DNA of 64,000 nt from a virus (taxonomy: Duplodnaviria > Caudoviricetes). The translations under genes were made by a program, and so were the position numbers. Positions 35,018 through 43,244 of this stretch are shown here, one piece after another. The stretch spans positions 38,030-102,029 of IMG/VR virus record IMGVR_UViG_3300028603_000024; one strand, given 5' to 3'. The notes under the pieces are model-generated. The model made no database searches. It was given only the letters and a program-made list of their open reading frames with translations, and was not told the DNA's origin. The number at the start of each line of letters is the position of its first letter. The stretch's first letter is position 1.

Positions 35018-38000
35018 CTAACCCCCCGTGAGGCCCGCGAGGGCCTCGTCAAGATCCACCATCCGCGGCTTTGATCCCGGGATGATGACGTTGTCGTCCA
35101 TATTGATTTCGCCCCGCTGGAAGGCGGCAATGGCGGCTTTGGCACTTTCGAATATCTTGGGGGCCTTCCTCTTGGTTTTCGTCGCCGGCCGGCTGGCGGC
35201 GAAGAGACCGTACTGATACTCCTGTCGAGGCATGAAGTGGGCCTTGAAGTTCTTGACGTCAATCAGCTGCTTAGAGGGCATCATCTTTTCGATCACCTCC
35301 CGACGGGCCTCCTCGGAGGCCGGTACGTGGAAGGACATGGTGTCATAAACAACCAGACCATTATTCACCGCGAAGACCTTGGTGCCCAACACCGCGAGGT
35401 CGTAGACGTCTTTGCAGCCCGTGGGCGTTACTGACTTAACCGGCTCCCAGATCACGTCGACGTTCTCAACGCGACGCTGCAGGGCCTCCAGACCGGACGA
35501 TCCGGCAATTGCAAATAATCGCTGCAAGGAAGCCCTGGCCACACGGCCCTTAGCCACGGCCACGTAAAGCGACTGCATCTGCTTGTCTGTTTTGTAGCCA
35601 AGACAGATGCCCCGGATTGCGGTAATCTCGGCCCGGGAGAGCGGGATGATGTCACGATCATCCTTTGTCGGAGGGTTTTCAAGAAGCCGATGCCACGCGG
35701 TAATATTCTCCTCACCGATGAACCGCAGATTGGCCCGGTGGCGATATAGATCTACGCTGCTTACCGTCAGGGTGTAGGCCTCTCGACTGTGACCCCGAGC
35801 CGGCGAAGTTGTGACACCGATGCGGATACCAAGCCGGCTGCCGAGGACCAAAGCGGAGTCCCGGAGGAACGGGCTGGAGGTGTGCAACAGGGCCGAGAAT
35901 TGCGGCTTCTTTTTACTGTTGAGCCAAGTCATGGAGGCATCACCGTCCAGGAGCCCGCAGAGCAGGCCGAACAGGCAGTGCTCGGAACCCTCGTCAAGCA
36001 GGAAGGGCGGGATGTGCTTATAGCAGGCCGCTCGCTCATCGTCCGGTACCGGCGCCGCCAAGATATCCAACGTCTTGTTCACGAGGCCTCGCCCGTTCAT
36101 GTGGATCTTCGCAGAGTCGGCGTACTTACCGTTTTCTTCGGTCTTCTCCGCCAAGTACTCGTAGGTCTTAAAATCTTTACAAATCAACTCTCGGGCAAGC
36201 TGCTCGACCCTCGCCCGTCGCTTCGGGTCACTCTTGGAATAACCAACGGTGCGATCTGTTCGCCAGCCGTCAGCGATGATTACACCGTACCACCAGCCGA
36301 GGTCAAAGCTACCGTAGGTGCCGAATTGGGGGCTCCGACGCACCACAGGGCACAAGCCTCCAAGAGAGTCCCGGGGCGCCACTTTCTTCAGTCGCCCGGT
36401 GTCGGGGTCGAAAACCGCAAGGCTTTCATTGTCGCTCACCCCCACCGCGTGACTGGAGGTACGCACCTCAACGCAGGGCACACTTGCCTCGTGCGTGAAG
36501 TGCGTGACATCGGCAAAGCACTGTTTTCCTGTATCCACGTCATACGACAACACCTGCAGTCCCGGGGGGACGGCGTAGACATCGGCACCGTTGCGGTCCT
36601 TGACCGGCTCACCTACGCGAGGGAACTCCCCGATCTGCAAGGATCTCAATCTTCCCGCCTCTTGCATCATAACCATACTTGTATATATTACGCAATTTCC
36701 GTCGAAATCCGCATTCAGTTGTTTAGTTATCTGCGGACTTATACGTAACGAGTCCGTGGCGGAGAGTACGGGCCAAGCCCCGAGGATGCTATAGCGGTGC
36801 AGCGACGGCGCTCGGTTAATCATCACGGGGCGGTGCTCCATCTCCTCCAGCATAGCATCCCGGGCCACTGAGGCATGCTCCTTGACGGCCTTGGCGGCCT
36901 CCAAGGGCTTAAGACCGCGGCCTACGAGACGCTTCATGATGAAGGGCGAATAGACTTTCCACGCCGATTTCTCCGGAATTGCAACGTGATCCATATCCAG
37001 CCTCGGGTCCGGCGTGATTACCGCCCGGCCCCCCAAGTTAACGGTGCCGCCCATCAGCTTCCTCTGAAACAGGCCGGTCTTCGGTCCGCCGCTGCCGAAG
37101 ATAACCGAGAGCAGGCCCTTGGCCTTGCGTTGCTGCGTCTCCCGGTTGATCGGATCGCCGAGGCCCACAACGGCCTTGGCGGCGTCGTAGAGGGCAAGAA
37201 GTTCGTCACCGCTGTGCTCCTTACCCAGGTCCCGAGACAAATCCCGGTACACACCGCGGGCCTGCAAGAGATCTTTGTACAGCATGTTGGAGCCGTTAAC
37301 GAGGGGTACGTCATTCATCATTGAGATCGGACGATGCGCCGGCGGCAGCACAGGCAGTTTGGTGATCAGCATCTCCTGCGGTTTTAAGCCGGTCTCCTGG
37401 AACATGGTCAGAATCCGCAGCTTTTTAATCGCCTTATCCCTCGCGGTTCGAGCGCCGGTGCGGATCTTCTCCTTCGCGGCTGTAACACCTCTCTCGACGT
37501 CAATTCGTCGCAGGGCCGCTTCAATCGCCTCCGGTCCGGACTTCCCCTGAAACTGCGTCTTGCCGGCTAGAATATCACGCAACTGCGACTCGGTGAGATC
37601 GAGCAGCTTGCGGATCGGATCCTCCATCACAGGGTTTGGAATCTTGGTACCCAGCTCGATCTTGGCGAAGCGGTCCCCGCCGTGCCCGCCAGTAATACCG
37701 CGGTCGAAAAGTCCGCCCTTGACGGGTTCCAGGTCGGGCAGCCGCACCGTTTCCGCTTCGGTTATCTCGCCCTGAGCCAGTTCGTCAACCATGTCATCGG
37801 TCATAGCCATGATGTTTAATTTAGAGCCATCTTGCTGCACATTAACGCCGCTGGCTGCCAGGAGGCTGAGAAATTTGTTCAACATCGGCGAGGCCTTCGG
37901 TTTCGGGGGTGCGTAGCCCATACGGATCGCCCGCCAATATTCTTCATTACGATGCCCACGAACGATATTGGCGTCGTCGAGAACATTGGTGGCGCCAGCG

Positions 38001-40771
38001 GAAAGCAAGGCGTTGAGCTCCATTAACCCGAATCTTGGGGCCGACTCGTCTCCACCTTTGGCCGGCGCCCCCTCAGCGGTGTGTCCGCCGGCATCGCCCC
38101 GCCCACTGACTTTACTCTCGGCGAGGTGGTGCAGCCGCATGTAGAATCGCTTGCCGGCGCTTACCTTGGGTATTTTGCGGTTCAAGACGGGGTCGAAAAT
38201 ATCCATCTCGGAAGACATCCCACGACTCTTGAGTTCCTCAAGAGTCCGCCGCGTGAAGTCCGACTTGCTGAAGGCTGCGATATTAATCGGTTTGCCGTCT
38301 TTAGCGGCAATGCGGCCCCAAGCGGCCTCCACGGACTGGATCGGATTGCCGCGACTGATGATGCCGAAGGGGTTGACGAGCGCGTCAAACGGATTTCCAT
38401 CCTCATCGGTGGGCATCTGATGATCCGGAAGTATAGAGCTAATTATATGTTTGTCGCCAAAGCGCCCTGCCATCTTATCCCCGACGTGAGCCGGGTTCTC
38501 CGCTTTGATGGCCACCACCAGGCCGCGGGGGCCGGCGGCGACGTCGGTTACGAAACCGGGTGCATCATGATCCCATACCACGGAATTATCAACATACCGC
38601 GGTTTACCCCCGGAAAGCATGCCAGTCTTCTTCGGCCGACTACGGCTGGTGGCGAGAATGACGGGGTCGCCTTTCTGCACCGTTGTTCCCGGCTTTATCG
38701 TACCGTCGTCATCGATCTGCTTGAGTTGCTCCTTCTTGTATACCGCAGGAAACAGAGCCGTGAACCGTTTTTTGTCCGGCTCGCCGCCGTCGCGATCCAG
38801 TTTCTTGGTGTACATCTGCTCCGCTACCAACTTCTTAGCGCCGCTCTCGCTGAGCGTAATGGCGTCTTCATAGTTCGACGACCCGCCGCGGATGAAGGGG
38901 ACGTAGGCCACGTTAAGATTGGTACCTAAGGCCAAGGTGCCTTCGTCGTCAGTCATGTTACTGGTGGCCAGGAGCTGCCCGTCTTCAACGGCCTGCCCGA
39001 TCTCCACGCGAGGTGTGTGCTTCAGCATCGTACGCCGATTGTAGGGTACATAATTGGCGATTGAGTACTTACGCTTCTTGCCGTCCTCGCCTTGAACCTC
39101 TATATCATCATCGGTAACATTGGTAACCACGCCGCCGCCTCTCGCCGACACGGCCCCGATACGGCGTCCTAGCTGCCGTTCATAGGACTCCTCCCCGGGT
39201 TCCCCGGTCTGTACAAGGGGCGCCTCTCGGTGGACCAACGGCAGCGCCTGGGAGATGAACTTGGCGCCGAGGAAGACACGACCGCCACTGTCGCCCGATA
39301 TTCCCGGGATCAATTTACTCTGCATCGCGAACAGGCTATCACCGCGGGGCATGATATAATCAACACGATCCCGTGGCACCCTCTGAAGTTTACCGTGGGC
39401 CACGGCGAGAACAACATCGTCGTCCTCCTCCATTTCACCTGGGAAGGCGATGATGGAATCTGCGGCGGTATCATTGTCCAAGGAGACCGATTTACCGCTA
39501 CGGGCATCAATCATGGGGGCGTAGATACGACCGTCACGACCCTTCAAGGCACTATCAACGAAACGAAGATCGACGCCCACCTTAGAGCTCTCCGGCGTTC
39601 GGATCCCATCGATGTAGCCGGCGTAGGAGGGTTGTACGTTCCTCGCCTCGTCAGGCACGGCTTCCACTGACGGGATGGCTCCCTCACCCAAGCGAACCAC
39701 CCTTGAGAGCTGGTCGTATATCTCGGTAGGATTAGTCTCCTCCGGCGGCGACGCCAGCCCGGAAGAGAGTAGGACCTGGTCTATGTGCTTATTGAAAATA
39801 CCGGCCGGAATCTGGTCAAGATTACCTCGTTTGGCCAGCTTGTAAGTCAAGCTTTTGACTACCCGGCCGGCGTCGTTCTTAATACGCTCCCGAAAAAGAT
39901 CTTCGTGCCCGACGACTCGTTGATATGCGAGACCGTCTCGGTTATCGGGCTCGATGTCACCCCGATGCAACTTCAAGATAGCAGTCATCGAGTCCATCAA
40001 GGCGTCGGAACTTAAGCGATCATAGGGTCGGCCGATAGCGGATCTTGCGGTGGCGTCGGGGTCGTAACGGAATCGCGAGAGCTCCTCCCGGAGTTTCTCC
40101 TCGTCGCTGCGGTTATCACCTTCGACGTCTCGCACCCCAAAATCCCGCAAGGCTCTTGCGAGCACGCCGGGTCGGATCTTTTCGGTATTGGCGGCATAAA
40201 GATCCTTGCCGAGAGCTTCAAATAAGGTTTTATCCTCGGCTCCCAAAGCCTTCAGGATCGGTACAATAGGCAGGTTGGCCTGCCCGGTGCGCAGGAAGAA
40301 CCTACCAGTCTCGGGCGCGAATCGAACTCGAAATTGTTTTCCGGTACCCACGGCAGTATTGAAGTGACTTTCAATTTCTCCGTTCCGCTTGCGGTGAGTA
40401 AATACTCCCGGTCTTAACCTGGCCTGGTTGGCCAGGGCGTACTCCACACCGTTGCGGATATAGGTCCCCCGATGCGTCAAAGTCGGCGCGAGGGCCAACA
40501 ACTTCTTTTTGCGGTCCAGCTCCTCACCGTCTCGCTCCAGTACCCAAGTACCGTATACCGGCGTACCGATAGTGCCGCGACCCAGCAAGGCCCTCTTGTG
40601 CGCCGCATAACTTAGGTCTGGAGCCTTACCGGCCTCGACATCCGTCAGCCGTAGCGTGGTGGCGCCGTAGGACACTGGTTCGAAAGATTGTAGCGCTCCC
40701 AAGGTGTCATCCAGCACCAGCTGCCGCGTGGTGTCGATGTCGTCAAAACGGCGAGGCTCTGAGGCCCTCAT
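35018..40771 (-). CDS. RNA polymerase beta subunit fused to the beta' N-terminal part, containing an active-site intein
   Basis: Beta motifs: GTYIRNGVEY, RTPESSKVG, QALPL, NYEDAI, GDKMAGR, RFGLMELNAL. Beta' motifs: GGLFD..ITG, LPVLPPAHRP, GRAVITP, NRAPSLHR, NADFDG, MSFHVP. Confidence 0.93.
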   Translation of the reverse strand: MRASEPRRFDDIDTTRQLVLDDTLGALQSFEPVSYGATTLRLTDVEAGKAPDLSYAAHKRALLGRGTIGTPVYGTWVLERDGEELDRKKKLLALAPTLTHRGTYIRNGVEYALANQARLRPGVFTHRKRNGEIESHFNTAVGTGKQFRVRFAPETGRFFLRTGQANLPIVPILKALGAEDKTLFEALGKDLYAANTEKIRPGVLARALRDFGVRDVEGDNRSDEEKLREELSRFRYDPDATARSAIGRPYDRLSSDALMDSMTAILKLHRGDIEPDNRDGLAYQRVVGHEDLFRERIKNDAGRVVKSLTYKLAKRGNLDQIPAGIFNKHIDQVLLSSGLASPPEETNPTEIYDQLSRVVRLGEGAIPSVEAVPDEARNVQPSYAGYIDGIRTPESSKVGVDLRFVDSALKGRDGRIYAPMIDARSGKSVSLDNDTAADSIIAFPGEMEEDDDVVLAVAHGKLQRVPRDRVDYIMPRGDSLFAMQSKLIPGISGDSGGRVFLGAKFISQALPLVHREAPLVQTGEPGEESYERQLGRRIGAVSARGGGVVTNVTDDDIEVQGEDGKKRKYSIANYVPYNRRTMLKHTPRVEIGQAVEDGQLLATSNMTDDEGTLALGTNLNVAYVPFIRGGSSNYEDAITLSESGAKKLVAEQMYTKKLDRDGGEPDKKRFTALFPAVYKKEQLKQIDDDGTIKPGTTVQKGDPVILATSRSRPKKTGMLSGGKPRYVDNSVVWDHDAPGFVTDVAAGPRGLVVAIKAENPAHVGDKMAGRFGDKHIISSILPDHQMPTDEDGNPFDALVNPFGIISRGNPIQSVEAAWGRIAAKDGKPINIAAFSKSDFTRRTLEELKSRGMSSEMDIFDPVLNRKIPKVSAGKRFYMRLHHLAESKVSGRGDAGGHTAEGAPAKGGDESAPRFGLMELNALLSAGATNVLDDANIVRGHRNEEYWRAIRMGYAPPKPKASPMLNKFLSLLAASGVNVQQDGSKLNIMAMTDDMVDELAQGEITEAETVRLPDLEPVKGGLFDRGITGGHGGDRFAKIELGTKIPNPVMEDPIRKLLDLTESQLRDILAGKTQFQGKSGPEAIEAALRRIDVERGVTAAKEKIRTGARTARDKAIKKLRILTMFQETGLKPQEMLITKLPVLPPAHRPISMMNDVPLVNGSNMLYKDLLQARGVYRDLSRDLGKEHSGDELLALYDAAKAVVGLGDPINRETQQRKAKGLLSVIFGSGGPKTGLFQRKLMGGTVNLGGRAVITPDPRLDMDHVAIPEKSAWKVYSPFIMKRLVGRGLKPLEAAKAVKEHASVARDAMLEEMEHRPVMINRAPSLHRYSILGAWPVLSATDSLRISPQITKQLNADFDGNCVIYTSMVMMQEAGRLRSLQIGEFPRVGEPVKDRNGADVYAVPPGLQVLSYDVDTGKQCFADVTHFTHEASVPCVEVRTSSHAVGVSDNESLAVFDPDTGRLKKVAPRDSLGGLCPVVRRSPQFGTYGSFDLGWWYGVIIADGWRTDRTVGYSKSDPKRRARVEQLARELICKDFKTYEYLAEKTEENGKYADSAKIHMNGRGLVNKTLDILAAPVPDDERAACYKHIPPFLLDEGSEHCLFGLLCGLLDGDASMTWLNSKKKPQFSALLHTSSPFLRDSALVLGSRLGIRIGVTTSPARGHSREAYTLTVSSVDLYRHRANLRFIGEENITAWHRLLENPPTKDDRDIIPLSRAEITAIRGICLGYKTDKQMQSLYVAVAKGRVARASLQRLFAIAGSSGLEALQRRVENVDVIWEPVKSVTPTGCKDVYDLAVLGTKVFAVNNGLVVYDTMSFHVPASEEARREVIEKMMPSKQLIDVKNFKAHFMPRQEYQYGLFAASRPATKTKRKAPKIFESAKAAIAAFQRGEINMDDNVIIPGSKPRMVDLDEALAGLTGG
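35342..36694 (-). mobile_element. 451-aa atypical intein with a LAGLIDADG homing endonuclease
   Basis: Starts CVIYTSMV and ends VYDLAV..KVFAVNNGLVVYD|T; LAGLIDADG motifs WYGVIIADG and LLCGLLDGDA. Confidence 0.85.
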
Positions 40772-41796
40772 TTCTTTTCCTCGTCTTCCTCATCTTCGTC
40801 GTCCCTCTTCTCCGGCGCCGTCAGCACTGGCGGGAGGGGCGAGTTAAGAGACGTGAGAACCTGTCGCTTCTTAATCAAATTCAAAAGGTGCCGGTCTCGG
40901 TCCCCCTTCTCCGCAATTCTCCAACCGAGGTGAGCTCCAAGGCCCGCCAGCGGGGCTGCCCCAAGGAGCGCCCACCAACCCAGGGAGCTCGCAGATTTAC
41001 CGGTCGCATACAAGTCCAGGGCTGCGTTGAACGCCTCGACGTCGGTAAGCTCCTGCACCGATGCGGCTTTCTGAACATCTAACCGCAAACCGCGGGGCTC
41101 CAGGGCCGCATTAACGGCGTCATCGTACTCTGCTCGAGCAGCCTCGAACTCCTCTTGGATCCGGCTTCTTCGCCGCCGATCGTCTAATTTACGGAGCAGC
41201 AGATAGCCGGCAAGAACACCCAAGGGGGCTGCAACTACTTTAGCCGGGGTCTCCCAATCCGCGGTACGATTCTGCTTCGCCTCCGGGGCTTGCGTCTTCA
41301 AGCCCGCCGTAGACTCCCCCTTGGCTTGCGCCTCGGCCCGCTTAAATCGGGACAGCTCAAGAATTGGCGGAGCCTGTTTTGACGCCTGCTCGCGTAACTC
41401 TTCTTCGTTCCGATCTCGCAGGTTACGAGCCAAGACAGCAAGCGCCGTAATGGCGCCGCCGGTGAGGAGGCCGGCGCCGAGATAGTGGGCAACGTTGGTT
41501 CCGGATATCCTCGCATCGTGGGCCTCCCTCGCCGCTTCAACCTCCGGGTTTAGAGGCACAACTGGAGCACGACTCAAGGCGCTGGTCAAAGTCCCGCCAA
41601 GAGCGTCTGCTCGGTTTGCCGCGAACTGCCCCACAGAACTCCCGAGGGATGGAAGGGAAGCAATCGCGGACCCCACACCTTCCAGAATCCTCTGCCCCGG
41701 GTAGTTGTTCGTCTCCGCCGCCGCCGTTTTACATGCTATGGCCTGCGCTGTTAAGTCCCCGACCGCTTCGGGCTGTATAAGATCATAAATGCTCAC
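40768..41796 (-). CDS. putative internal virion protein with three hydrophobic helices
   Basis: 342 aa; KTAA, KQA, KRA, KAAS and KSAS; ATGA-coupled to the RNAP gene. Confidence 0.55.
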   Translation of the reverse strand: MSIYDLIQPEAVGDLTAQAIACKTAAAETNNYPGQRILEGVGSAIASLPSLGSSVGQFAANRADALGGTLTSALSRAPVVPLNPEVEAAREAHDARISGTNVAHYLGAGLLTGGAITALAVLARNLRDRNEEELREQASKQAPPILELSRFKRAEAQAKGESTAGLKTQAPEAKQNRTADWETPAKVVAAPLGVLAGYLLLRKLDDRRRRSRIQEEFEAARAEYDDAVNAALEPRGLRLDVQKAASVQELTDVEAFNAALDLYATGKSASSLGWWALLGAAPLAGLGAHLGWRIAEKGDRDRHLLNLIKKRQVLTSLNSPLPPVLTAPEKRDDEDEEDEEKK

Positions 41797-42221
41797 TATT
41801 CTGCTCCCAAGGGATTACCGTCTGACCTGAAGATACCAACGCGACGGGGCTGATAATATCGTTCATACCACTTGCAGCCCACTCTCCAATGCCCGCCCTC
41901 ACCCACATTCTTAGCTTCCGTTTCTCTGATAACTCGTACATGCCCCGAGGTTGCTGCCGCCGTCTGTAATCGCTCGTACAGCTCAAGATCCGAGGGCGAG
42001 GCGAGATCAAAGATACGAAAATGAATGTCATAGGCTTCCACCAGTTTCTGCAACTCTTCCGGCGTAACCACAGAATCCTTCGTCAACCCGCGAACCGGTA
42101 CAGACTCGTGACCGGGGAAAAAAATCAACGGCTTCTTGTCCCTCGGGTCTTTCAGGGCCTCAGACTCAGAAGGCGGATTGAATTTGTAAAACGGAGGATC
42201 CTGTTCGTCGCTGTCTGCCAT
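41796..42221 (-). CDS. hypothetical protein
   Basis: 141 aa, overlaps both neighbours in the operon. Confidence 0.6.
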   Translation of the reverse strand: MADSDEQDPPFYKFNPPSESEALKDPRDKKPLIFFPGHESVPVRGLTKDSVVTPEELQKLVEAYDIHFRIFDLASPSDLELYERLQTAAATSGHVRVIRETEAKNVGEGGHWRVGCKWYERYYQPRRVGIFRSDGNPLGAE

Positions 42222-42609
42222 CCCGTTTTTCCCTCTTTTTCTTCTCTTCTTCCATTGCGCCGTGTTCGGCCCGCAGCCGAGCCGTCATCTGCCTCAGTCG
42301 CATCGTGGCATCCGTCAATTTCGCTTTGCTCACGTCCTCCGGGCGGTCTCCCATCAGACGCTGTGCGCCATAGCCGGCGGCGGCTCCGCTGCCTACCGCC
42401 GTAGCCGCCAAGGCGAACGCCAGAACTTTCGCCAAGTCCGCCGCGCCCCCGAGAGGGTTAAGCACGAAAGCACTTTTTGCCTCCGGCAAAGCTGCGGCGG
42501 CTTTCTTCAAAGCCCCCCCGATATCTGAGGGCAACACGCCCTGTTCCGACATCTCTGTCAGTATCTGAAGCTTAAGTTCCGTTATTTTCTGTTCCGTCAT
42601 TTTAGCCAT
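42166..42609 (-). CDS. putative internal virion protein
   Basis: KAAA and KSAF precede a Gly/Ala hydrophobic helix. Confidence 0.55.
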   Translation of the reverse strand: MAKMTEQKITELKLQILTEMSEQGVLPSDIGGALKKAAAALPEAKSAFVLNPLGGAADLAKVLAFALAATAVGSGAAAGYGAQRLMGDRPEDVSKAKLTDATMRLRQMTARLRAEHGAMEEEKKKREKRDGRQRRTGSSVLQIQSAF

Positions 42610-43226
42610 CCTATCCCTGACGCTCCCCCGACACCGGCACCTGCTCGCCGCAACCAGGGCACGGCGCCGTCTGGAATGCCAAACATTGAGACCAACGTTT
42701 TAGCCATCAAGTGCCCGGCGGCATAGCCCAGGCCGGCCCCAACGGCACCTTTAACGAGATCTTCAACCGTCAATAAAGACCCACCACTTCTATTTGCCTC
42801 CCGCAGAACTTCCAGGCTTAAAGCCTTCTGCCACGGCGTCATCGCAGGATCCGCGATGACGCCCTCAACACCAACCCCGAAGGGCACCGAAGCGGCCGCC
42901 TTGGCCGCCGCGGTATCAAAGAGGCCGGGTACCCCGATTTTACCATAGTTGTCTTTAGCAAGCCCGAAGGAGCCGATGCCGGCGGGTATACCAGCGGCCA
43001 AGGCCCCGAGAAGAGCCCAACGACGAGCCCTACCCCGGTCGGGACGACGAGCAAATTGATTCAATATCCACCCGCCGAGGCCGCCGACGCCGGCTCCCAA
43101 CAACGTGCTGCCGACGAATCCCTGCACCGGCCCGCCCGGAATGCGGAGCGGCCCCAGCGACGTTGGCTTATAGCCTGTAACCTGCCCCAGGGCAGGCAAT
43201 ATTGAAGTCATGTCAAACTTATCCAT
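42597..43226 (-). CDS. Gly-zipper putative membrane/ejection protein
   Basis: 209 aa, several GxxxG helices, KAAAS. Confidence 0.55.
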   Translation of the reverse strand: MDKFDMTSILPALGQVTGYKPTSLGPLRIPGGPVQGFVGSTLLGAGVGGLGGWILNQFARRPDRGRARRWALLGALAAGIPAGIGSFGLAKDNYGKIGVPGLFDTAAAKAAASVPFGVGVEGVIADPAMTPWQKALSLEVLREANRSGGSLLTVEDLVKGAVGAGLGYAAGHLMAKTLVSMFGIPDGAVPWLRRAGAGVGGASGIGWLK

Positions 43227-43244
43227 CGGTCGAGGCGCCTCTCT

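Noticed and set aside
35342-36697. Group I intron instead of an intein at the RNAP active site
   Set aside because: Removing N..Y at the RNA level would restore DFDGD, but the insert is fully in frame, has intein blocks at both ends and leaves no non-coding room for a ribozyme core. RT-PCR would settle it.
29541-40771. Host chromosomal rpoBC operon
   Set aside because: No ribosomal-protein neighbours, strong divergence, both Zn sites lost, and flanked by portal, protease and capsid genes.
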